A stretch of DNA of 62,030 bases, taken from Alphaproteobacteria bacterium. Its GTDB lineage: Bacteria; Pseudomonadota; Alphaproteobacteria; UBA7985. Where the stretch lies: NCBI GenBank assembly GCA_049612785.1, contig JBMZBW010000002.1, positions 1 to 62,030 of the forward strand, given 5' to 3'. Made by a program: the position numbers and the translations under genes. Under the pieces are notes generated by a model. The model was not told the DNA's origin. It did not search any database and saw nothing but the letters and a program-made list of their open reading frames with translations. This document shows positions 29,367-38,761 of this stretch, one piece after another (within the stretch, counting starts at the first letter, position 1; each line of letters begins with the position of its first letter).

Positions 29367-31187
29367 ATGAACGTGGAACGCCGTCACGCAAGAGCTTTTC
29401 AAACGTCAGTCGCGCTCAGTGCGGTCTTGATTGTGCTTGTTCTGGGGGCGGAATACCTGCGCAGTGAGCGGCTTATCTCCAACACTGACCGCAGTCAGGT
29501 CTGGTTGCTCATCGTCAATGTCGTCGCCGTTCTGGGGCTTCAGGCGTTCTCTGGCAACACAGGGAAGATGACCATTTCCCATGTCGGATTTCTTGCAGTG
29601 GGCGCTTACGTCTCCGCTCTCTTCACCATTAATCCCGTGATGAAGCGTACGGTGCTGCAAGGTTTACCGGACTGGCTTTACGCCACCAATCTTGATGTTG
29701 TCTGGGCCCTGCTGATCGCTGTCATGGTGGCTGGTTTTGTCGCATGGCTTCTTGGTTTCATAATCGTCCGGCTCACCTTTGACGGCGTGGTGATCTCGAC
29801 CTTTGCGCTATTGCTGATCATTCAGTCGGTCATCCTCGCTGCGAAAGGCTGGACCAACGGCATCACGTCTATCTTTGGGATGCCGAAGTTTTCCGACCCT
29901 TGGACCATTCTGATCGTTGCCATCGCGGCTGTCTTTGTCTGTGCTTTCTTCAAAGAAAGTCGCATTGGATTGCAAACCCGCGCCGCCCGTGATGACCGAG
30001 CAGCTGCGGAGGCCATGGGTGTTAACAGCAAGCGCGTCACCCACATCGCGTGGATTCTGAGCGCTATGGTTGGCGCGGCTGCGGGCGCTTTGCTGGCGCA
30101 CGTGATTGGCGCGGCTGGCCCCAGAACCTTTTATATCGTCTTCACCATTGAGCTGATTGCCATGCTCGTTCTCGGCGGACAAAGGTCGGTCACGGGCGGT
30201 TTTGCTGGCGCAGTGCTTGTCACTGGCATCATTATAATTGTGCGCAAAGCGGAGGGTGGGTTCACGCTGGGAAGCCTGGAAATGCCCCCTGTCTTTGGCG
30301 CCACGCAATTGGTTCTTTCGTTTGCAATCTTGGCCATTCTCTACGTGCGGCCCGGCGGGATGACAGGTTTATGGGAAATCATTGTCCGGTCTCTTCTAAA
30401 GCCGATTGAAGCACTGTCATCCAAACCGCGAGAAAGGGCTCAGGATGGTCAATTGGCGCTGGACGGGCTGTCTAAAGACTTCGGAGGATTGCGTGCGTTA
30501 GCGGAGACGAGTTTTTCCCTGCGGTCTGGTGAAATCCTTGGCCTGATTGGTCCCAATGGTGCGGGTAAAACCACGCTGATTAACACCGTGATGGGAACCT
30601 ATTTTGCGACCTCAGGGGTTCTGAGACTCAATGGCGAAGAGGCGACGCTGTGGCCAGCGACGCGGCTTGCGCGGCAGGGGATCGGGCGGACATTCCAGCA
30701 GATCAAGCTCGCGGAGAGTCTCACGGTGCTTGAGAACGTGATGGTGCCGGTTTCCAGCACCGCGCCCTTGACGGCAGACCTAGAAGGAACAGCGTTAGGA
30801 TGGCTGAAGACGCTCAAAATCGACCATTTGGCTGACAGTTATCCGGGCGCCTTGCCCTACGGTGATCAGCGAAGGGTCGAGATTGCTCGGGCCTTGGCGC
30901 TGGAGCCGGCGTTTCTGTTGCTTGATGAGCCGGCAGCCGGAATGAACCATGAAGAAACAGATGATCTCAGGCAGCTGCTTATTCAAATTCGGGGTGATTT
31001 GAACGTTGGGATCATCATCGTTGAGCATGATCTGAACCTCATTTTAAGCCTGTGTGACAAAGTTGTGGTTCTCGATAGGGGCACTGTTATTTCGTCCGGG
31101 ACCCCTGCAGAAGTTCGATCTGATCCAGCTGTCATCAAAGCCTACATCGGTACATCCCAAGACGGCAGCGGGGCCAAAACGCCATGA
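29367..31187 (+). CDS. fused LivM-type permease / LivG-type ATPase
   Basis: The N-terminal ~330 aa are a polytopic permease. The C-terminal half carries Walker A GPNGAGKTT, LPYGDQRRVEIARAL and Walker B LLLDEPAAGMN. It is one uninterrupted 606-aa ORF. Confidence 0.8.
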   Translation: MNVERRHARAFQTSVALSAVLIVLVLGAEYLRSERLISNTDRSQVWLLIVNVVAVLGLQAFSGNTGKMTISHVGFLAVGAYVSALFTINPVMKRTVLQGLPDWLYATNLDVVWALLIAVMVAGFVAWLLGFIIVRLTFDGVVISTFALLLIIQSVILAAKGWTNGITSIFGMPKFSDPWTILIVAIAAVFVCAFFKESRIGLQTRAARDDRAAAEAMGVNSKRVTHIAWILSAMVGAAAGALLAHVIGAAGPRTFYIVFTIELIAMLVLGGQRSVTGGFAGAVLVTGIIIIVRKAEGGFTLGSLEMPPVFGATQLVLSFAILAILYVRPGGMTGLWEIIVRSLLKPIEALSSKPRERAQDGQLALDGLSKDFGGLRALAETSFSLRSGEILGLIGPNGAGKTTLINTVMGTYFATSGVLRLNGEEATLWPATRLARQGIGRTFQQIKLAESLTVLENVMVPVSSTAPLTADLEGTALGWLKTLKIDHLADSYPGALPYGDQRRVEIARALALEPAFLLLDEPAAGMNHEETDDLRQLLIQIRGDLNVGIIIVEHDLNLILSLCDKVVVLDRGTVISSGTPAEVRSDPAVIKAYIGTSQDGSGAKTP

Positions 31188-31906
31188 CCGCACCGCCAAT
31201 GCTGCAGCTTGAGAATATTGTGGTGCGCTATGGTGCCATTACAGCCGTTCGTGGCGTGTCCTGCGTGGTCAGAGAGGGCGAAATCATCGTTCTCCTTGGG
31301 GCCAACGGGGCGGGGAAATCTTCGCTTCTGCGGGCTATTCTGGGCCTGACGCCTGTTGCCTCAGGTCTGGTGCGGTTTCAGGGCCAGGAGGTGACAGGCT
31401 GGCGCACTGAAGCGCTGGTCAGGGAGGGTTTGACCCTGACGCCAGAAGGCCGAAACGTGTTCCAGTCGCTGACGGTTAAGGACAACTTGCGCCTTGGCGG
31501 GGCAACAATGGCGCGTGACAAGGCGGCAGAGAGCCTCGAACGTATGCTGGACCAGTTTCCAATCCTGCGCGAGCGTTACGAGCAACTGGCCGGCACCCTG
31601 TCTGGCGGCGAGCAGCAAATGCTGGCTATCGCACGGTCGTTGATGTCGAGCCCAAAGCTGCTCATCCTCGATGAGCCATCGCTGGGCCTGGCACCGGTCA
31701 TCATCGAAGAAGTCTTCGCCTTACTGTCCGACCTCAGATCCAAGGGAACAACCATCATGTTGGTGGAGCAGAATGTTGCTCAATCGCTGGCAATTGCCGA
31801 TCGCGCTTACTTGCTCGAACTCGGCCAGATTGAACGCGAAGGGTCGGCCTCGTCATTCCTCGAAGACCTGAATTTGCACGAGATCTATCTTGGGGGAGAG
31901 GCTTGA
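31184..31906 (+). CDS. LivF-type ABC transporter ATP-binding protein
   Basis: Walker A GANGAGKSS, signature LSGGEQQML, Walker B LILDEPSLGLAP. ATGA overlap with the upstream gene. Confidence 0.85.
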   Translation: MTAPPMLQLENIVVRYGAITAVRGVSCVVREGEIIVLLGANGAGKSSLLRAILGLTPVASGLVRFQGQEVTGWRTEALVREGLTLTPEGRNVFQSLTVKDNLRLGGATMARDKAAESLERMLDQFPILRERYEQLAGTLSGGEQQMLAIARSLMSSPKLLILDEPSLGLAPVIIEEVFALLSDLRSKGTTIMLVEQNVAQSLAIADRAYLLELGQIEREGSASSFLEDLNLHEIYLGGEA

Positions 31907-31907
31907 T

Positions 31908-32795
31908 ATGGAAGATGTCCTGCAATTTGCCGTAAATGCACTGAGCCTTGGTGGTGTCTATGCCATGCTCGCCATCGGGATTGCGCTGATTTACTCCGTG
32001 ATGGGGTTTCTGAATATTGCCCATGGTGATTTGCTCACCCTGTGCGGCTACGCAATGTTCTTCTGTATCGGCTTTGGGCTTCCATGGCCCTTGGTCATTA
32101 TCATTGGAATTCTCGCTGCTGGTGCCGCGTCTGTCGCGATGGAGCAGGTTGCCTTCAAGCCCCTCCGTTCCGCCAGCTTTGACACCTTGCTGCTCACGTC
32201 TTTTGCTTTGTCAGCCGCGATTCATGTGGTCCTGCAAATCAGTATCAGCGCGCGGCCCAAGCCTGTTCCACTGCCGTCATTTCTCACGGGGTCATACAAG
32301 ATTGGTGACATCGTGATCGGTACAGGCCAAACGCTGTCGATCATCGTCGCACTCACGTCCATGCTTGGCCTGACATACTTTCTGCGAAGAACGACCATGG
32401 GTCTGGCCATGCAAGCTGCGGCGCAGGACTTCGACACAACACGCCTGATGGGGATTCAGGCCAACCGTGTGATTTCATCTGCATTTTTCATTGCCGGGAT
32501 CCTGGCGGGTATTGCCGGTGTATTGATTATCGCGCAGCGGGGTTCCGTTGACCCCCTGATGGCAATGAATCCTCTTATCAAAGGGTTGATCGCAGCCATT
32601 ATTGGCGGAACGGGGAGCCTTTATGGTCCCGTACTTGGGGGCATCATTCTTGGGGTTTTGGAAACAATTTTTCAGACTCTATTGCCCGGTGAGGCTTTAC
32701 TTTTCCGAGATCCGTTGGTGCTCTCTTTGCTCGTGGCTTTCCTGCTTGTCGCCCCCAACGGCATCACTGGAACACGCGTTGAGCGCAGTCGATAG
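31908..32795 (+). CDS. LivH-type ABC transporter permease
   Basis: About 295-aa polytopic protein. ATG 31908 is preceded by GGGGGAGAGG and lies 1 nt after the upstream stop. Confidence 0.8.
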   Translation: MEDVLQFAVNALSLGGVYAMLAIGIALIYSVMGFLNIAHGDLLTLCGYAMFFCIGFGLPWPLVIIIGILAAGAASVAMEQVAFKPLRSASFDTLLLTSFALSAAIHVVLQISISARPKPVPLPSFLTGSYKIGDIVIGTGQTLSIIVALTSMLGLTYFLRRTTMGLAMQAAAQDFDTTRLMGIQANRVISSAFFIAGILAGIAGVLIIAQRGSVDPLMAMNPLIKGLIAAIIGGTGSLYGPVLGGIILGVLETIFQTLLPGEALLFRDPLVLSLLVAFLLVAPNGITGTRVERSR

Positions 32796-32840
32796 GGGGG
32801 TGAGCAGGGATGAGAGAACAGCTCAACAGAGGGGGCAATC

Positions 32841-34211
32841 ATGAATAAGATTACCAAAAGCAAGGCTTGGGAGTTGGACCGAGCTCACCTGCTGCATCCC
32901 TATACGAATTTTTCCAAATTCCGGGATGAAGGCAGTCAGGTCATCAACCGTGCTGAAGGCATGTATGTCTCAGATGATACGGGCGCAGATTTCCTCGACG
33001 GCATTGCCGGCCTCTGGTGCGTGAATATCGGTCATGGACGCCGTGAAATGGCTGAAGCCATTGCTGAGCAGGTGATGAACGTCGAGTATTACAACCCCTT
33101 TGGTCACTCGACCAACGAACCGGCTGCGGAATTGGGTGGATGGCTCGCGGAGCATGCGCCGGGTACCCTGAACCACGTCTATTACACATGCGGCGGTTCA
33201 ACGGCGAACGATGCGGCGGTACGACTGGTTCACTATTACAACACCCTGCGCGGTCTGCATCGAAAGAAGAAGATCATCTCCCGCAACGACGCTTATCACG
33301 GCGCAACTTATGTGTCCGCTGAGCTGACCGGGATCCACGCCACAAAGAACAGTTTTGATCGCATCGGGCAGGAATTCATACATCACGTGTCTGCGGCAAA
33401 CATGTACGCCAAACCGGAGCACATGTCAGAAGCGGAATACTGCGATTATCTGGTGGATGAGTTTGAACAAAGAATTCACCAGCTTGGCCCAGATAACGTG
33501 GCAGCCTTCATCGCGGAGCCGATCATGGGTGCGGGCGGCGTTCTGGTGGCTCCACAGGGGTATCACCGCCGCATGTGGGAGGTCTGTAAGCGCTACGACA
33601 TGCTCTATATAGCGGACGAAGTGGTTACAGCCTTTGGCCGGCTTGGGCATTGGTTCGCCTCTGAAGAAGTCTTTGACTACCAACCTGATATTCTCGTGAG
33701 CGCAAAGGGCATCACCTCGGGTTACATACCGCTGGGCGCGACGCTCATTTCAGACGAGATCTACGACGTAATCAGCAAACCACAGGCTGAGGGTGGGGTC
33801 TTCACCATGGGATTGACCTACTTCGGTCATCCGGTTGCTTGCCGTGCTGCGCTTAAAAACATCGAAATCATGGACCGCGAAAATCTTTGTGGGAATGCAG
33901 CGGACGTTGGCGCCTATTTCCAGTCCACGGCGCAGAGCCTGATGAATGCGCCTCTGGTCGGCGATGTCCGGGGAAAGGGGCTCATGCTTGCGGTTGATCT
34001 GGTGGGAGACAAGCGGAAGAAATCCGCCCTTCCACTGGAAGCGGATGCAGGAGACCGGGTCTTCCGCAAGTGCCTGGAGCGGGGCGTCATTGTGCGTCCG
34101 GTCGGTGATCGACTGGTCCTCTCACCGCCGCTGATCATCAACCGAGAGCAGGTGGACACAATCGTTGCTGCTCTCTCCGAAGCGGTTACGGAACTTCACG
34201 CAGAACTGTAA
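32841..34211 (+). CDS. class-III (omega-amine:pyruvate type) PLP aminotransferase
   Basis: 456 aa. N-terminus LDRAHLLHPYTNF and the motifs GGSTANDAA, DEVVTAFGRLG and SAKGITSGY (PLP lysine region) are typical of omega-transaminases. Confidence 0.85.
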   Translation: MNKITKSKAWELDRAHLLHPYTNFSKFRDEGSQVINRAEGMYVSDDTGADFLDGIAGLWCVNIGHGRREMAEAIAEQVMNVEYYNPFGHSTNEPAAELGGWLAEHAPGTLNHVYYTCGGSTANDAAVRLVHYYNTLRGLHRKKKIISRNDAYHGATYVSAELTGIHATKNSFDRIGQEFIHHVSAANMYAKPEHMSEAEYCDYLVDEFEQRIHQLGPDNVAAFIAEPIMGAGGVLVAPQGYHRRMWEVCKRYDMLYIADEVVTAFGRLGHWFASEEVFDYQPDILVSAKGITSGYIPLGATLISDEIYDVISKPQAEGGVFTMGLTYFGHPVACRAALKNIEIMDRENLCGNAADVGAYFQSTAQSLMNAPLVGDVRGKGLMLAVDLVGDKRKKSALPLEADAGDRVFRKCLERGVIVRPVGDRLVLSPPLIINREQVDTIVAALSEAVTELHAEL

Positions 34212-34248
34212 CCCAAGCATGCCCCATCGCTGGGCTAAGGTAAGTATC

Positions 34249-35409
34249 ATGTCTCAACCCTCTCAAAATGATCTACGCTTCAAGGAAGATCCTGATTTTC
34301 TGGAGCATCTTTACCGGCAGGTTTGGCTGCGCAACGGGGCATCACCAGAGCACGCTGACGCTGTTGCCTATGCGGTTTCGTTTGGAGATCGTTTTGGGAA
34401 GATCAATCAGGGTCTTGGTGTCTTTGAGGCCATCGACATTACCTTTCAAAACGGGACTCTCGATATCAAAGCAACCCCGGAACTGGTCGATGAAGGGCCA
34501 ACCTGGGCGATTTATGAGGGGCACCGTTCCAGCGGCCATTGGGTGCTGTGTAAAGCGACGCGAAAAGCGATGGAGATCGCGAGCCGTATGGGGATGGGCA
34601 TGGCGCTTTCACGCAATCACAACGATGCGGGTTGTTTTGGTGCTTACACCACAATGGCGATGCAGGAAGGCATGGTTTGCATCGCCACGAACAATAGCTT
34701 GCGGCTCGTGGCACCGTGGGGCGGGAAGGAAAATATGATGTCCGGTGCGCCGTTTTCGGCTGCGTCGCCGGGGGGCGAAGAAACCCCGATCATCATGGAT
34801 ACTGCAGCGATTGAAGCTTATGATGCCGATGTGTCTGAAGCCTACTTCGCCGGGACAAAAATGCAGGCTGGAAAGGTGCTGGTTGACCCAGAAACAGGCG
34901 AGCTTTCAGACGACCCGGCACCCTTTATCGAAGTTCTCGATGGCTATGCGCGGCTGGCCGACAATCGAGCGGCCACGGCCTTTAACTCACCCAAGCTGTA
35001 TGCCTTGAACTGCCTGACCGAAGTCCTTTCTACCCTGATTGTGCCTGAGGCCACCATCACCCCGGATTTGCCGCATCCCATCGCAGCCTGGATGGAGCCT
35101 CAATCGGTGGGTTCGGTTGGGGGTAGCTGTGTTCTGGTGATCGATCCTTCCAAGTTTGGTCCCATGGCCGGGATGCTGGACCGGTCAGATCGCTTCGTGA
35201 AAGCGGTGAAAGGGGCCAAACGACGGCCCGGTGTAGAAGAAATTTATCTGCCCGGAGAGCGGGGGTGGAAACAGGTGAAGGCTGGAGGTCCGGTCGACAT
35301 CCTGCGCACGCATTGGGATGCGTTTAAGGAAACAGCAGCCAAAGCCGGACTCGATGTCGAAGCTGAACGCCGCGCTTTTCAGGCCGGCAAACCGGGGGCG
35401 AAGGGATGA
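34249..35409 (+). CDS. Ldh_2-family (malate/L-lactate dehydrogenase-like) oxidoreductase
   Basis: About 386 aa. The SRNHNDAGCFGAYT segment resembles the NSNHFG motif of the Ldh_2 family. I prefer ATG 34249 to 34165, which overlaps the aminotransferase. Confidence 0.55.
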   Translation: MSQPSQNDLRFKEDPDFLEHLYRQVWLRNGASPEHADAVAYAVSFGDRFGKINQGLGVFEAIDITFQNGTLDIKATPELVDEGPTWAIYEGHRSSGHWVLCKATRKAMEIASRMGMGMALSRNHNDAGCFGAYTTMAMQEGMVCIATNNSLRLVAPWGGKENMMSGAPFSAASPGGEETPIIMDTAAIEAYDADVSEAYFAGTKMQAGKVLVDPETGELSDDPAPFIEVLDGYARLADNRAATAFNSPKLYALNCLTEVLSTLIVPEATITPDLPHPIAAWMEPQSVGSVGGSCVLVIDPSKFGPMAGMLDRSDRFVKAVKGAKRRPGVEEIYLPGERGWKQVKAGGPVDILRTHWDAFKETAAKAGLDVEAERRAFQAGKPGAKG

Positions 35410-36212
35410 GCCGCGAACTGCTAACCGGAAGAACGGCGCTTATCACCGGTGCTGGCCGCCCCCGCGGTATCGGACAGGCCATTGCGCGTGCTTTTTTGGA
35501 CGAGGGCGCCAATGTTGTGATGACCGACTTGGCGGGTGTGACGACCGCTCAGGCTGAACGCGAACGATTTAGTGCCTTTGAAGCGGAAAAGGTGCAGTAC
35601 GTTGAGGCCGATGTCTGCAATCGTGCCGATGCGCGCAAGGTCATCGCTGTGGCACGAGATACGTTTGGGGGCTTGGATATCCTCGTTAACAACGCGGGGG
35701 TAGGACGCGGATCTCCGGATTTCATGGAGCTTACAGACGAGGACTGGACGGCATCCCTCGACGTCAATTTACGCGGCACAGCGACCATGTGTCAGGCTGC
35801 CATGGAAAGCCTCCGCCAGTCGTCGAGTGCTTGTATCGTCAATGTCGCCTCGCTCTCAGGTCTGCGGGCCATACCGCATATTCCGGCATGCTATACAGCG
35901 TCGAAGTTTGCTGTGGTTGGTTTGACAAAACAGCTGGCACTGCAACTGGCCCCTGAGAACATCCGAGCAAATGCGATTTGCCCCGGTTCTGTGCGCACAG
36001 ATATGATGGAAGTTGCCATGGATGCGATTGCAGATGCCGAAGATATCACCCCGGATGAGGCCGAAGCGCTTGAGGCTTCGACAATCGCCATTGGGCGGGT
36101 GGCGGAGCCCGACGAAATTGCGCAACTTGCCGTGTTTTTGGCGAGCGAAAATGCCTCATACATTACCGGCGAAGCACTGGTTGCTTCTGGGGGCATGTAT
36201 AATGGGCTTTAG
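35406..36212 (+). CDS. short-chain dehydrogenase/reductase (SDR)
   Basis: TGAGRPRGIG cofactor motif, NNAG and the YTASK catalytic Tyr-x3-Lys. ATGA overlap with the upstream gene. Confidence 0.85.
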   Translation: MSRELLTGRTALITGAGRPRGIGQAIARAFLDEGANVVMTDLAGVTTAQAERERFSAFEAEKVQYVEADVCNRADARKVIAVARDTFGGLDILVNNAGVGRGSPDFMELTDEDWTASLDVNLRGTATMCQAAMESLRQSSSACIVNVASLSGLRAIPHIPACYTASKFAVVGLTKQLALQLAPENIRANAICPGSVRTDMMEVAMDAIADAEDITPDEAEALEASTIAIGRVAEPDEIAQLAVFLASENASYITGEALVASGGMYNGL

Positions 36213-36967
36213 CCGTCACCAGCGACGGCCTGCCAAACCCCATCACTGATTCCAGCAGACAGCCCACCGCACAGGTTCAGCACTTGGCCCGTCATGAAGG
36301 TGAAGTCACTCGCGACGAGCGCGTGAACAAGCGCAGCGACTTCTTCGGGCTCACAAATGCGCCCCAGTGGTGTCGCTGCCGCTTCGACCTGCAGTAACTC
36401 TTCTCCACCCTCAGCCAAAGCCATGGGGGTTCGCACCGAGCCCGGACAGATGGCATTCACGCGAATGCCTCGGTCTGCCAGCTCAATCGCGGCAACTCGG
36501 GTTAAGGCGAGGACCGCAGCCTTTGACGCGGCATAACTCCCCAATGTTCCCACACCCAACTGGGCGGCCAGTGATGAGATGTTGACGATGGCTCCGGCGT
36601 TTTCGAGAACAGGGGCGGCGTGTTTGATGACATGGGCCACGCCTTTGGTGTTGACTGCCAGGCACGCCTCCAGATCAGACAGTTTCATCTCACTGAGGTT
36701 GGCGTAATCCCGATGGATGCCGGCATTGTTCACGACGATGTCGAGCCGACCGGAGTGCGCCTTGACCGCGTTTATCATCGCTTGCACGTCGTCTTCTTGG
36801 CTGACATCAGCCTGATGGCTTGTCGGGCTATCAGCAGGCGCATTGAGATCTGCAACGTGGACCGTGGCACCGGCGTCTGAAAGGCGATGCGCGATGGCTT
36901 CACCAATCCCTTGCGCGCCTCCGGTCACAACGGCGACCTTACCGTCGAGGGAGAAATGACGAACCAT
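36209..36967 (-). CDS. short-chain dehydrogenase/reductase (SDR)
   Basis: TGGAQGIG, NNAG and YAASK motifs. 252 aa. Confidence 0.85.
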   Translation of the reverse strand: MVRHFSLDGKVAVVTGGAQGIGEAIAHRLSDAGATVHVADLNAPADSPTSHQADVSQEDDVQAMINAVKAHSGRLDIVVNNAGIHRDYANLSEMKLSDLEACLAVNTKGVAHVIKHAAPVLENAGAIVNISSLAAQLGVGTLGSYAASKAAVLALTRVAAIELADRGIRVNAICPGSVRTPMALAEGGEELLQVEAAATPLGRICEPEEVAALVHALVASDFTFMTGQVLNLCGGLSAGISDGVWQAVAGDG

Positions 36968-36979
36968 TGTGCTGTTCCT

Positions 36980-37633
36980 TCAGCTTTTGACTTTTGGCTC
37001 CAAAATCGGCGGAAGGAAATTGGACAAGTAGCCGATCATGGCGAACTTTGCTTCATCAACAATTCCGTCGTCCAAGTTGTCTTCCGAGCGCAAATGCAGC
37101 TCAAACATAGCGTCGATGATGGTCAGTGAGTAAACAAGACGTTGCGTCAGCTTCTTGATCTTGGGCATTTCAAAAAGCTCATGGAACTGGGCGCGCACGG
37201 TTTCAGCATAGGCGTGGACGCTTTCCTGATCCGTGTTTCGTACTTCCTTGGGCATGGTCGCGCCGAGCAGTACCTTTCGCGCGACCGGGTCCTTCCGGTA
37301 TATGGATACGGATTGATCGATGAGCAGCGTAACGAAGTCCTGCCAACTCGCGATGTTTGCGTCGACCGGCGGATGCGCCGCCTGTTGAGCGAACTTTTCA
37401 CCGATTTCAGCGGCCAGTGCGCTGAACAGGTCGTATTTGTTGGCAAAGAAGTGATAGGCCGATCCCTCAGGAACGCCGGCATGCTTGGCAATTTCGCGAA
37501 AGGAGATCTCTTGTGGGTCCTGCGTTTCGAGGAAATGGCGCGTTGATTCGACCAGCTTCTTTCGTCGCTGAACGCCTCGTTCCTGCTTGGATGTTGTCTC
37601 ACGACGACGCCCGATTACTTGCCTGACAGTCAC
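36980..37633 (-). CDS. TetR-family transcriptional regulator
   Basis: N-terminal HTH (ISFREIAKHAGVPEGSAYHFFANKYDL) plus a helical ligand-binding domain. 217 aa. Confidence 0.8.
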   Translation of the reverse strand: MTVRQVIGRRRETTSKQERGVQRRKKLVESTRHFLETQDPQEISFREIAKHAGVPEGSAYHFFANKYDLFSALAAEIGEKFAQQAAHPPVDANIASWQDFVTLLIDQSVSIYRKDPVARKVLLGATMPKEVRNTDQESVHAYAETVRAQFHELFEMPKIKKLTQRLVYSLTIIDAMFELHLRSEDNLDDGIVDEAKFAMIGYLSNFLPPILEPKVKS

Positions 37634-37667
37634 AGATGCTCCTCATCTCACTTAATCGACGGACAAC

Positions 37668-38738
37668 CTACCAAAGGGTAATGCCTTTGGTCTCCCCCCT
37701 TTGATCCATGTTGTCAGCGAGGAGACACAATAACTCCCAAAACAAAGCAGCAGCCACGTGCGAACAGTATCCGTTCACGTCCCGATTGGGGTTCAGCTCC
37801 ACCATATCCGCGCCAACAACATTCAACTCGCGGGCTCGCAGGATCATCGAACGCACCTGCCGCGGGGTTAAGCCAAAGGCTGCTGGCCCCGTTGTTCCCA
37901 TCATGTGTGAACTGTCCAGAGAGTCGACGTCAAAGGTCAGGTAAGCCGGGTCGGTTCCGATCACCTCTTGCGCCTTGTCCATCACCCAGTTGGTGCCTTT
38001 GTCGAAAACCTCGTCCGCCGAAATGACAGTCATGCCGCTGTCGTGCGCAAACTCCCACAAGAAGTTAGCGTAGCCCCGAATGCCGATCTGGACGCATCGT
38101 TCCGGGTCGATAAAGCCATTCAGAACAGCCTGACGGAAAACAGATCCATCATTGATGGTATCGCCGCCCCAAACGGCCATGGTGTCGCTGTGCGCATCTA
38201 TGTGCAGCAGGCCGAAAGCTTCGCCTCCGCGTCCCTCTGATAAACCCTTCAGTGCACCAAAGGACGTTGTGTGCTCACCGCCGCAGTTCAGCGTTCGCAC
38301 ATCCGCCTGTGCCAGCAGGCGAAACGTGTCGGCGATGTCTTCTGTGACCCGCTGGTCGAGGCGGGTTGCCGACCATTCAATGTCACCGTAGTCGATGATC
38401 GAGGCCTGATTGAACGGAATTTTGCCCGTAACATCGTGCATTGGACCATTATTCGTTGAAGCTTTGCGGCATGCTTCCGGGCCGTGTCGTGTCCCGGAAA
38501 GGCCGATAGCGCCCAAATCCAGGGGGCTTCCGACAATTGCGATATCGACGCCATCCAGGTCTTTTCGATAGGGAGCCTGAAAAAAGCCGGGCTGCGCGCG
38601 GAAGGCCGAGGAGTCCAGGACGTATCCCGCCGGGATTGCGCGCTCAAAAAACGCGTTCAAGTCGTTGTTGCTGAATTCAAAGGCAGGGGTATCCAGCGCT
38701 CTCAAGCGCTCCAGATCGGCTTCACTCATGCGTCTCAT
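37668..38738 (-). CDS. arginase/agmatinase-family ureohydrolase (guanidino-compound amidinohydrolase)
   Basis: Mn-ligand motifs GGEHT, HIDAHSDT and TFDVDSLDSS. 356 aa. Confidence 0.85.
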   Translation of the reverse strand: MRRMSEADLERLRALDTPAFEFSNNDLNAFFERAIPAGYVLDSSAFRAQPGFFQAPYRKDLDGVDIAIVGSPLDLGAIGLSGTRHGPEACRKASTNNGPMHDVTGKIPFNQASIIDYGDIEWSATRLDQRVTEDIADTFRLLAQADVRTLNCGGEHTTSFGALKGLSEGRGGEAFGLLHIDAHSDTMAVWGGDTINDGSVFRQAVLNGFIDPERCVQIGIRGYANFLWEFAHDSGMTVISADEVFDKGTNWVMDKAQEVIGTDPAYLTFDVDSLDSSHMMGTTGPAAFGLTPRQVRSMILRARELNVVGADMVELNPNRDVNGYCSHVAAALFWELLCLLADNMDQRGETKGITLW

Positions 38739-38761
38739 GGTTTGCGGGTCCTCTCGATCAC

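Noticed and set aside
34165-34248. The ORF-track start at 34165 for the Ldh_2-like gene, overlapping the aminotransferase by 47 nt.
   Set aside because: ATG 34249 lies downstream of the aminotransferase stop and gives a sensible N-terminus (MSQPSQNDLRF...). The extension is probably out-of-frame read-through of the upstream gene's 3' end.
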